Shown in pieces: positions 17,975 to 26,255 of a stretch of DNA of 64,000 bases. Each line of letters opens with the position of its first letter. Within the stretch, counting starts at the first letter, position 1. The stretch spans positions 416,001 through 480,000 of the forward strand of contig JBBRCZ010000001.1 in the NCBI GenBank assembly GCA_038204425.1, written 5' to 3'. The position numbers were made by a program, and so were the translations under genes. The notes under the pieces were generated by a model, which was given only the letters and a program-made list of their open reading frames with translations, was not told the origin of the DNA and did no database searches. The stretch comes from Spirochaetia bacterium (GTDB taxonomy: Bacteria; Spirochaetota; Spirochaetia; DSM-27196; Salinispiraceae).

Positions 17975-19394
17975 CGGTATAGAGCTCTAGCCTGCCTAAG
18001 AGCATCATAATACTAAGAAACAGTTTGATTCCATCGGAAAATGCCGAAAAGTTCTGAGCGGGGCCTACCCTTCCTAAACCTGGTCCTATATTGCCGAGGC
18101 TTGCAAGCGAAGCCGTAAAAGAGCTGAGTATATCGGTACCACCGGTGGCAACTATTATCGTTGAAAGGAACAAGAGACCGAGATAAAGAATCACAAAACC
18201 GACCATTGGATAAATTAGTTCTTTACTAACACCTTGGCCGTTTAGTCTCAAAGAAAAAATCCCACGTGGATGCAACATATACATTGCCTCATGCCGTGTT
18301 AACTTAGCGAGCATTGTTATCCGCAAGACCTTTATCCCACCTGCGGTGGAACCAGTACAACCACCTACAAACATAAGCACAAAAAGAACAGCCTGAGCAG
18401 TAAACGACCAGAGACCAAAGTCACTTGTAGCAAATCCCGTGCTAGTGACAATCGATACTACTTGAAACGAAGCGTGCCTTAAGCTAGGCTCAAAGTCCTT
18501 ATAGCTTGTTCCAAAAATGGAAAACGTACAAATCACAATCGAAACAACAATTATCAGCGAATAGGCCTTGAGTTCGGTGTTTTTGAAAACAGCCAAGGCT
18601 TTGCCAGTCATAACCTTAAAATACAGAATAAAGTTGACGCCAGCCAAAAACATAAAAATGGTTGTGACCCAGTGAATAAAGGGTTGCTGCCAGTAGCCCA
18701 TGCTTGCATTCTTGGTTCCAAAGCCCCCTGTAGCCATGGTCGCAAAACTGTGGTTGACGGCGTCAAACAATGACATGCCGCCTAAACAAAGCAAAACTGT
18801 TTGCAAAGCAGTCAGGCCAACGTAGATTAGCCACAGAAGCTTTGCAGTTTGGGTTAGCTTGGGTGTAATCTTGTCGACGTCAGGACCCGGAGTTTCGGCT
18901 CGCATCAATTGCAGGCCACTTACTCCAAGCATAGGCAAAATCGCCACGGTTAGCGCTATTACGCCCATGCCACCAAGCCAGTGTGTTAGACTTCGCCACA
19001 AAAGTATTGCTGGTTCAATTATCTCAACATCTTTAAAAATGCTTGCCCCAGTGGTTGTAAAACCGGACATGGTTTCAAAAAAAGCATCAAAGAAGTTGTT
19101 GCTTGTATTGCTTAAGAGATAAGGGACACAACCAATTAAAGAGATAAGAACCCACGACAGAGTAACCAACAAAAAACCTTCACGGGTTCCAATGTGTTTC
19201 GTCCTTGGCCTCAAGATTAGAGCAAGTGATAAAAACCCAATTATACTTAACGAGGCAGGTACAAAAAAAGCTTGCGAAAGCTGATACTTGCCCTCCACGA
19301 CAGCATAGAGGCCTGGCACCAACAAAAAGCTAGCCACCACAACCACCAAAAGAGAAAGGATCTTTCCTATAAGTACAAAGTTGATACTACGCAT
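17937..19394 (-). CDS. trkH: TrkH potassium uptake membrane protein
   Basis: FETMSGFTTTGAS, WRSLTHWLGGMG, ATGGF, STGF, GSTAGGIK, GNIGPG, GRLE motifs. Confidence 0.92.
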   Translation of the reverse strand: MRSINFVLIGKILSLLVVVVASFLLVPGLYAVVEGKYQLSQAFFVPASLSIIGFLSLALILRPRTKHIGTREGFLLVTLSWVLISLIGCVPYLLSNTSNNFFDAFFETMSGFTTTGASIFKDVEIIEPAILLWRSLTHWLGGMGVIALTVAILPMLGVSGLQLMRAETPGPDVDKITPKLTQTAKLLWLIYVGLTALQTVLLCLGGMSLFDAVNHSFATMATGGFGTKNASMGYWQQPFIHWVTTIFMFLAGVNFILYFKVMTGKALAVFKNTELKAYSLIIVVSIVICTFSIFGTSYKDFEPSLRHASFQVVSIVTSTGFATSDFGLWSFTAQAVLFVLMFVGGCTGSTAGGIKVLRITMLAKLTRHEAMYMLHPRGIFSLRLNGQGVSKELIYPMVGFVILYLGLLFLSTIIVATGGTDILSSFTASLASLGNIGPGLGRVGPAQNFSAFSDGIKLFLSIMMLLGRLELYTVMVLFLPAFWRK

Positions 19395-19406
19395 GATTGG
19401 CCTTTT

Positions 19407-20813
19407 TTATTCCGCCGGCGGATTGATCATATCTTGGATGCGCCCCGAATGATTTCTTCTTGTCAGAACCAGAATTCTATCGTTGGGTTCAAGAACGGTC
19501 GGTCCAGTTGCAATAAAGTTGTCTAATCCACGCTGGATAGCCATTACCAAGGTTTCTGACGGAAAACCTAGTGCCATGAGGGTTTTGCCAGAAACCAAGC
19601 TTTTTTGGTCCACAATAAATTCAAGAATTTCTATGCTCCCGTCGCCGAGGCTTTGCACATTCTCAACCTGACCTTCGCGAATAATGCTGAGTATGGAATT
19701 GGCAACAGAGAGTCGCAGGCTAACGGCAACATCAATGCCCAGCTGGCGGGCGATACCGACATAGTTGCTGGAATCTACCAAACAGATAGAACGGGACACC
19801 CCAAGGCGGTTGGCGTAAAGACCAACCAAGACATTCCTTTCTTCTAGGTCAGTGCATGCTACTACAACATCACAATCGGCCAGTTGTTCTTCCTTAAAGA
19901 GATTCTCGTCGGCGATGTCGCCGTGTATCACCAGACTGTGCTTAAGACTGTCTGCCAAGTACTTGCAGCGATGATAGTCTTCTTCTACTATCCGCACTCG
20001 GCGTCTTCCAAACATGTGCCTTAGCCCAACCAGTCCTTTGTCGAAGCCGCCAAGGCGATTGCTCCCGTCCAAATAAGAAGCTACAGCCTCCGCAATTCTC
20101 CCACCGCCAACAATTAGAACGTTGTGAACCGCTTGCTGTTTTTTTCCCAAAAACTCAAAGACTGCATCAAAATCTTGTTCTCTGGCTGCAATAAAAAGCT
20201 GATCATTTTCTTTGATAGTGGCTTCACCAGATGGAATCAAATAACCGTCATTGCGACCTATGAGTGGTATCAAAAATTTGGTATTGAGGCCACGGGCAGC
20301 TTCGCCAATCTTTTGATTGTGAAGTTGACTGCCAATGTTTACCCTAAAGTTTCGAACCTGAATATCCATGTTTTGAAAGCTTACAATGTCCGAAACGGCA
20401 CCATAAGCAAGACTAGTGAGGATACTTGTGGCCGCGGAAGTTTCTGGATTGATTATATGGTCTATACCTGCTTCAAGAGTTTGGTAAAGTCTACCTTGCC
20501 CATATTCCAGAGTCCGAATTCGGGCGATAGTTTTGATAGCGGGAAACTCGGCTGCTACGAGTGCACAAGAGATAATATTGATTTCATCTGAGCCAGTTAG
20601 GGCCACAAAAACTTGACAAGAGGCTAAGCCCGCTTTCAAGAGATCAGCCAAATTATTAATTCGCCCATGCACCGACATACAATCGAGCCTATTGGCAAGA
20701 TCTTTGACAACGTTGTCATTAAAGTCCAGAACAACCACATCATTTCCATCGGCGGCCAAGGTTCTCGCTACCTGAAATCCAATAACTCCCGCACCGCCAA
20801 CAAGAATACGCAT
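19407..20813 (-). CDS. trkA: TrkA potassium uptake protein (tandem RCK)
   Basis: Two Rossmann motifs (GGAGVIG, VGGGRIA), SDEIN, INPE; 468 aa. Confidence 0.92.
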   Translation of the reverse strand: MRILVGGAGVIGFQVARTLAADGNDVVVLDFNDNVVKDLANRLDCMSVHGRINNLADLLKAGLASCQVFVALTGSDEINIISCALVAAEFPAIKTIARIRTLEYGQGRLYQTLEAGIDHIINPETSAATSILTSLAYGAVSDIVSFQNMDIQVRNFRVNIGSQLHNQKIGEAARGLNTKFLIPLIGRNDGYLIPSGEATIKENDQLFIAAREQDFDAVFEFLGKKQQAVHNVLIVGGGRIAEAVASYLDGSNRLGGFDKGLVGLRHMFGRRRVRIVEEDYHRCKYLADSLKHSLVIHGDIADENLFKEEQLADCDVVVACTDLEERNVLVGLYANRLGVSRSICLVDSSNYVGIARQLGIDVAVSLRLSVANSILSIIREGQVENVQSLGDGSIEILEFIVDQKSLVSGKTLMALGFPSETLVMAIQRGLDNFIATGPTVLEPNDRILVLTRRNHSGRIQDMINPPAE

Positions 20814-20817
20814 CTAG

Positions 20818-21453
20818 TTATTGTATGCCAAATAGGTTCACAATTCGAGACCAAACTTCCGTGCGATATTTTTGATACTGACTGCCATCGTCTCTCTCAT
20901 TGCCAATAAAGGTAATCAAAGAGCGTGCTTGGTTGTTGAGTAACTGATACGTCTCAATAAGAAACAACAGCACTTCTTGATCAGCTTGGCCAAGTCTTCT
21001 GCTTTCTGCCAAATTGCTGAGACTCTGAATGCTTGCATTATTCATGTAGATAGCCTCATTTGCGACGCTGACTGCAACTCTTGCCTCATAACTTTGATTC
21101 ACGAACCCATCAGCCACTGCACCAAGCGTCAAATAGCTGTAGTAGAGATTGCTTGCTCCCATTGAACCGAGGGCAACCAAGGCAGGGTCGAGGGCAGTAC
21201 TTACTTCGGTTTGTATCGCCTGGGTGTTTTGACTTGATTGGCCTTGCTGAACTTGGCCTTGCTGAACTTGGCCTTGCTGAACTTGGTCTGGCTGAACTTG
21301 GCCTTGCTGAACTTGGTCTGGCTGACCAATAGGCCGGTTTTTTGTGCCTTTAATCAGGGCACCCGAGCCAGACTGTTGAGCAGAAAGAAATGGGGCACTT
21401 ACTAAGATCAAAAAAAAGGCGAAAGAAGAAAGTATATATTTTTGTGTTCGCAT
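20818..21453 (-). CDS. Secreted hypothetical protein with Gln-rich pentapeptide repeats and a helical C-terminal domain
   Basis: Signal peptide, repeat linker, AAGGAG RBS; stop lies 4 nt before the trkA start. Confidence 0.8.
   Translation of the reverse strand: MRTQKYILSSFAFFLILVSAPFLSAQQSGSGALIKGTKNRPIGQPDQVQQGQVQPDQVQQGQVQQGQVQQGQSSQNTQAIQTEVSTALDPALVALGSMGASNLYYSYLTLGAVADGFVNQSYEARVAVSVANEAIYMNNASIQSLSNLAESRRLGQADQEVLLFLIETYQLLNNQARSLITFIGNERDDGSQYQKYRTEVWSRIVNLFGIQ
21238..21327. repeat. Six tandem 15-bp units (TTGGCCTTGCTGAAC / TTGGTCTGGCTGAAC)
   Basis: Directly visible; encodes GQPDQ VQQGQ VQPDQ VQQGQ VQQGQ VQQGQ on the minus strand. Confidence 0.95.
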
Positions 21454-21500
21454 GCTATCGGCACTCCTTATCGGCTAAGCAAAAACTGTTTGTCGCTAAT

Positions 21501-24485
21501 CTAAACGTTAACTACGTGTCTAAGCGGCCTAAAATCCACACGCATACTTTCTTCTTTATCGACTAAATCTTGCGCTGTGATAAGGGCGGAATGGCGTTTG
21601 TCCCAATTCTTAAGCAAACGCCGAGCCGCCTCTGACAAGTCGTTACTAGTGCTTGCGAGCATTTGATTGCGTTTTTCTTGGCGCAGTTGATCATCTATTC
21701 CGTAGAGCCAGCGCCTAAATGAAGTCATGCCAGCCTCCCCAGGCGCCATAGGTCGCAGGTCGCGAGCGACACACGCGATTTTTGCCAGCAAAAGATCATG
21801 CTCGCTTGGTGGATTTTTTACAAAAAGCTCAAGCGCCTGCTTAAAAACATCAAGCGTCTTTGCAAGCTCAGGATCTCTGTAACTCGAGAACGAAAATATG
21901 CCTGACATCCCGTCGATTCCTGCTGAAGCACCGTAAGATCCGCCCTTCATCCTGATTTCTTCCCACAAGTATCCTGTCCGCAAAAGGTGGGCAAGTAGTA
22001 TCTCGTGTACCCATTGCTCTGAGCCAATAACGCTACCCGGAAACGAAGTAGCCACATAGCTTACCTTGGTGGGAAGCAAAAGCGCTTCTAGACTAGGCAC
22101 ATTGATTGCTTTTATCTCTGCATCAGCGTCGTCTTCAAATAGTTCACAAGATGGAAGCGTACTTGCCCAGTCACTGAGCAACTTTATAGTCTCTTGGCGA
22201 GAACTAGCGCTGGCAGTGAGGTTAATGCTAAGCCCTTCTATTCTGATAGTTCTTTTTCTCAGGTTTTCAAAGGCGGCCAGCAATTTTTCAACTGCCTGTT
22301 CGGCCGAGCTGCCAAGACTTTCTAAAAACTCGAGTTGACTAATGCCACGCCACAACTCCTCAATAGCCTCGCTGACCGAAAAAACGCGCTCGGTACGTAA
22401 GGCGGCATAACTTGAGCCCGACGGAACAATAGACGCCTTAAACTCGTTAAAGTTTTCCAAAAACAAGTCTTTAAGTCGTTTTTGATCAGTAAAATCTGCA
22501 GTTACAATTAGGGGCGTGCAGCATGCCAAAGCTTCTCTAAGGCCAGATTCTAAGGCTTTTATTCTAAAGTAAAGCTTGAGGCTAAGTTGCTGCTCTTCAT
22601 CGCGACTAGATCGAACCAAGAGACTGGCCTCTATGCCGCTTCCAAAGCCACCTGTTTTGAGATTGATCTCCATTGCCTTTTGTTCGTAACTTTTTCCAGC
22701 ACTTCCCAGCGCAGGAATCATGCCTGAGAACAAGGGCAAGTAGAGAAGTTCATCTCTATTGAGGTGTTCTAGATCAAAGCACAAATCTATGTAGGCTATT
22801 CCATTAGTAAAGATATCATGTTGAACTACTGGGATCACTACCTTATTGACTTCAATACTGCTAAAGCTTTGATCAATAGTATTGACGGTGGTCGGTATCT
22901 CTTTTTCAGTCAAAAAAGGCAAACACGCGAGTTCTTCTTGCGTATCTACTTTAGACTGATAGGCTAACAATGCTGCTTGTTGGGCCTTAATTGCTTCAAT
23001 GGCTGTAGGGCTAAGTTGCTTGTGAATGAGATCTATCGCTTGGCGTTCTATACTGTCTTCTCTTTTATTTTGTTCGGAATCAGGAACAACGGTAACTGTG
23101 CTTCTGTGCTTGTTGTCAATCAAAACACTTTTGATCATCTGTTCAAAATAGCGCGGATTGGCGCTCAACAATGCGCGAATTTTTTGCATTATGGGGGTAA
23201 ATTCTAGTGATGAGCCTGGCGCGCCACCATGCAACCAGGCCCTAAGGGATCTACGCATCAGACGTAATCCAAAAGGTCCTCCGCCCTTTATCTCTCTCGC
23301 CCTAAACTCGTAGCGTCGCAAGGTCCCCTCGACTAGGTCACTCGACAAACCCTGCTCTACAACAACTTCGAGAGTCTCTAAAATCAAATTTTCTAGGTCA
23401 TCTTCTTTGCCTTGCTCTGTCCCGCGTAGTCCGACTGACAAAATAGCGTGTTTTAGCTCAGTTTCTAGACCGGTTGAGGACGACAAATCCTCACCCAAGC
23501 CAGAATCAATCAATGCGCGCTGTAGAGGACTGGCAGCACTTCCCAAGAGCATGTCTGCTAAGAGCTCAATAGTGAGCAAATGTACCGGATCAAGAACGTC
23601 TCCAAGCAACCAGTTTACCGTAATCGAAACTGATGGGTCACTGTCCTCGGGTCCTGATGGATAAGTCTTGGTCAATCGGCGAGCTTTGGTCCAAATTTGG
23701 GGACTCAAGCTGGGAAACTCCAGTTGTTCCAGAGTGTAGCCTTGCAAAAGATTAGCATCCAAAAATGACAAATATCGTTCAGTCGGGATATTCCCATACA
23801 GAAAAATTAGGCACTGCGAAGGATGATAGTGTTTCCTATGAAACTCGATAAAACTTTGGTAATCGAGAGTTGGAATTTCAACTGGGTCACCACCCGAATC
23901 AACACCGTAGGCAGTATCCGGAAAGAGACTGCGTACACACCAATCTCCTGCTACTGATTCGTGCGAAGAATAGTTACCCTTCATTTCATTGTAAACAATG
24001 CCCTTGCGCTGCAAGTTGTTTTGTTCATCAAACTCGAGTCGATGTCCTTCTTGTCTAAACATTTCTTCTTTTAAGAGTGGTTTAAAGACCGCATCACCAT
24101 AGACATCCATCAAATTAAAAAGATCTTTTTCTACGGTTGAACTAGCAGGATAGACGGTTTTATCAGGGAAAGTAAAAGCATTGAGAAAGGTATTCATGCT
24201 ACCTTTGAGCAACAATAAAAAAGGATCTTTTAGAGGGAATCGTTTGGAACCACAAAGCACCGTGTGCTCTAAAATATGGGCTACTCCGTTAGAATTATTT
24301 GCAAGCGTTTTAAAAGCAAACGCAAACAGGTTCTCTGGATCATCATTGTGCACATGATAGACATTGGCACCTGACGCGATATGACGAGCCCGTATGCCCT
24401 TGGCTTTAAACTCGGATAGGTCACCTATTTCCTCGATCAGAAACCCTGAAAGCTGGCTTGCGACCTCTAGTTGCTTATTCATCAA
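21501..24485 (-). CDS. M16C (insulinase/presequence protease-like) metallopeptidase
   Basis: Inverzincin HILEH, NAFTFPDKTVYP, VYNEMKG, IRMKGGSYG, SYRDP motifs. Confidence 0.93.
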   Translation of the reverse strand: MMNKQLEVASQLSGFLIEEIGDLSEFKAKGIRARHIASGANVYHVHNDDPENLFAFAFKTLANNSNGVAHILEHTVLCGSKRFPLKDPFLLLLKGSMNTFLNAFTFPDKTVYPASSTVEKDLFNLMDVYGDAVFKPLLKEEMFRQEGHRLEFDEQNNLQRKGIVYNEMKGNYSSHESVAGDWCVRSLFPDTAYGVDSGGDPVEIPTLDYQSFIEFHRKHYHPSQCLIFLYGNIPTERYLSFLDANLLQGYTLEQLEFPSLSPQIWTKARRLTKTYPSGPEDSDPSVSITVNWLLGDVLDPVHLLTIELLADMLLGSAASPLQRALIDSGLGEDLSSSTGLETELKHAILSVGLRGTEQGKEDDLENLILETLEVVVEQGLSSDLVEGTLRRYEFRAREIKGGGPFGLRLMRRSLRAWLHGGAPGSSLEFTPIMQKIRALLSANPRYFEQMIKSVLIDNKHRSTVTVVPDSEQNKREDSIERQAIDLIHKQLSPTAIEAIKAQQAALLAYQSKVDTQEELACLPFLTEKEIPTTVNTIDQSFSSIEVNKVVIPVVQHDIFTNGIAYIDLCFDLEHLNRDELLYLPLFSGMIPALGSAGKSYEQKAMEINLKTGGFGSGIEASLLVRSSRDEEQQLSLKLYFRIKALESGLREALACCTPLIVTADFTDQKRLKDLFLENFNEFKASIVPSGSSYAALRTERVFSVSEAIEELWRGISQLEFLESLGSSAEQAVEKLLAAFENLRKRTIRIEGLSINLTASASSRQETIKLLSDWASTLPSCELFEDDADAEIKAINVPSLEALLLPTKVSYVATSFPGSVIGSEQWVHEILLAHLLRTGYLWEEIRMKGGSYGASAGIDGMSGIFSFSSYRDPELAKTLDVFKQALELFVKNPPSEHDLLLAKIACVARDLRPMAPGEAGMTSFRRWLYGIDDQLRQEKRNQMLASTSNDLSEAARRLLKNWDKRHSALITAQDLVDKEESMRVDFRPLRHVVNV

Positions 24486-24531
24486 AACTCCTTGCTGCGG
24501 GGTTCAAGGATCTAAACATAGCGGTACAAAC

Positions 24532-24564
24532 AAAAAATGGAAAGGGCTGAATGAGCCCTTTCCA
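24532..24564 (-). terminator. Intrinsic terminator downstream of the GRPRK protein gene
   Basis: Perfect 11-bp stem TGGAAAGGGCT/AGCCCTTTCCA with a 5-nt loop, followed by T6 on the minus strand. Confidence 0.85.
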
Positions 24565-24605
24565 CCGTAAAGTCAAAACAAAAAATGCGCTTCTGTCTTA
24601 AAAAA

Positions 24606-24941
24606 CTAAAGCTTCTTGCTAACTTGTTCGTAGCGAACTGTTGCTGGAAAGCTATTGTCTACCAAGGCCACGCGAAGTCTGCCACTGGCAATTTTTTCAA
24701 TTATTGCGCGATATGCCTGACGATTGAGTCCTTTGCCAAGCAGAAACTCAATCTTATCACCAACTGCAAGAGAATTTCTAAATTCTTGCGTACGCACTTC
24801 TTTTTCTTTTCGACTATGGGATTGTTTCCAAACCCTGATAGTTTCTCTCAATTTAAGAATATCTGCTTCGGTAAGTTTACTTACATCGATATTCAACGCA
24901 GACTCTACAAGTATACTAGAATCTTTTCTTGGTCGTCCCAT
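24606..24941 (-). CDS. Small basic protein with N-terminal GRPRK (AT-hook-like) motif; candidate DNA/RNA-binding protein
   Basis: GAGGAG RBS 7 nt before ATG 24941; own promoter-like sequence and terminator; 111 aa, K/R rich. Confidence 0.75.
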   Translation of the reverse strand: MGRPRKDSSILVESALNIDVSKLTEADILKLRETIRVWKQSHSRKEKEVRTQEFRNSLAVGDKIEFLLGKGLNRQAYRAIIEKIASGRLRVALVDNSFPATVRYEQVSKKL

Positions 24942-25061
24942 TTCTAAACTCCTCATAAAAATGAATATAATAGAGATAATTATATACCATAGCCAAGTCA
25001 GATAGGCAATTGAAAATACAAAAATATTTTCTGTTAAACATTCAGAAATTTGAAAAGAATA

Positions 25062-25814
25062 TTACCAATCCATTTCTGTCATTAGAGTCAATTTACTCTT
25101 AATTCTTTCATCACTCGGGCTGAGATCAAGTGCTTTTCGATACCATACAATTGCCTCGGTATTTTTGTGTTGACCATACAAAGACTGCCCCATTAGATAA
25201 CAGCCCTCCGAAAACTCTGGGCTTTGCTCCAATAGTTCGCTTAGCAATTCTTGTGCTTGATCAAACTTGTGTTCCTTAAGCTTTAGCTGCGCAAGAAAAA
25301 AATTTGCAATTAGACTCTCACTCGAAATTTTTCTAAATTGAGAGAAGCTCTTCTCTGCCTCGTTATCCTGCCCCATTAAAAATCCTATTAGTCCTATAAA
25401 ATAGCTCGCCATTGCGTGGCTTTGGTTTGGGATCTTCAGTACGTTTTTAAAGGCCTCTAATGAATCTTTTAGTCTTCCAATTCTAAAAAAACAAACGCCT
25501 AATTTGTAGTTGGCCACCGAAAATCCTGGTTTTAAATCAAGCGCTTTTTGGTAATATTCTGTTGCCGCCTTTAGTTTTCCGATACTGTAATAAATATTTC
25601 CAACGGTTATGGCAAGGCTTGAGTCCTTGGGATAGTTCTCAAATAGTGTCAAGAATGCTTTTTCGGCATCGCTCCATTCACCCGAGTTGTAAAGCTCATT
25701 CGCTTCTAGGTAGGCTTTGTCAGTCTTATCAATTTTGTCCACCGTATTCCTCCTGCAGCGCGCTGCCCTTATACTGTAAGTCATAAAAGCATATCCCTCA
25801 AGTACAAAGATCAA
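25062..25814 (-). CDS. Tetratricopeptide repeat protein
   Basis: Repeated TPR patterns (GNIYYSIGKLKAA..YYQKAL.LKP; GQSLY.....EAI.WYRKAL.LSP). Exact start uncertain. Confidence 0.88.
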   Translation of the reverse strand: MIFVLEGYAFMTYSIRAARCRRNTVDKIDKTDKAYLEANELYNSGEWSDAEKAFLTLFENYPKDSSLAITVGNIYYSIGKLKAATEYYQKALDLKPGFSVANYKLGVCFFRIGRLKDSLEAFKNVLKIPNQSHAMASYFIGLIGFLMGQDNEAEKSFSQFRKISSESLIANFFLAQLKLKEHKFDQAQELLSELLEQSPEFSEGCYLMGQSLYGQHKNTEAIVWYRKALDLSPSDERIKSKLTLMTEMDW

Positions 25815-25939
25815 ACAATCCTTGGTGGTTTTCCAAGCTCAAAACTTGAATCTTGAAAGCAATTTAGTCTGCTTGAAACTTATAGTGTTTTTGTTGGATA
25901 GTGGTGCTTGGTTTTGACAACGATGATAGAAGGACTCAC

Positions 25940-26254
25940 ATGATAGCTTACATAGTTGCCGTTTCTGTGAAATCAGGCCAAGAAGATTCTTTCCGTAAGG
26001 CCACTAAGACAAACGGCTTTGCCACCCGCCAAGAACCCGGCAACATGCGATTTGACTTGCTGGTAAACCCCGATAGTCCTAGTAATTTTACGCTCTATGA
26101 GGTTTACCAAGACCAAAAAGCCTTGGATCAGCACAAAAAAACAGCACACTATTTGAAGTGGAGAGAGGACGTTGCAATAATGATGGCAAAACCAAGGCTT
26201 GGTAGCTTGTTTGAGCTACTTGACTCTGCTCCGCAAGCCACTGGGACTCAATAG
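25940..26254 (+). CDS. ABM-family monooxygenase/isomerase (LsrG-like)
   Basis: TRQEPGNMRFDL, FTLYEVY, HKKTAHY..WR..V..MMAKPR; AGAAGGA RBS before ATG 25940. Confidence 0.82.
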   Translation: MIAYIVAVSVKSGQEDSFRKATKTNGFATRQEPGNMRFDLLVNPDSPSNFTLYEVYQDQKALDQHKKTAHYLKWREDVAIMMAKPRLGSLFELLDSAPQATGTQ

Positions 26255-26255
26255 C

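Noticed and set aside
21238..21327. Possible CRISPR-like repeat array
   Set aside because: The 15-bp units are contiguous with no spacers, lie in frame in a CDS, and no cas genes are present.
21081..21332. Plus-strand ORF with LAELG repeats
   Set aside because: It is the antisense reading of the same VNTR; the minus-strand gene has an RBS and signal peptide.
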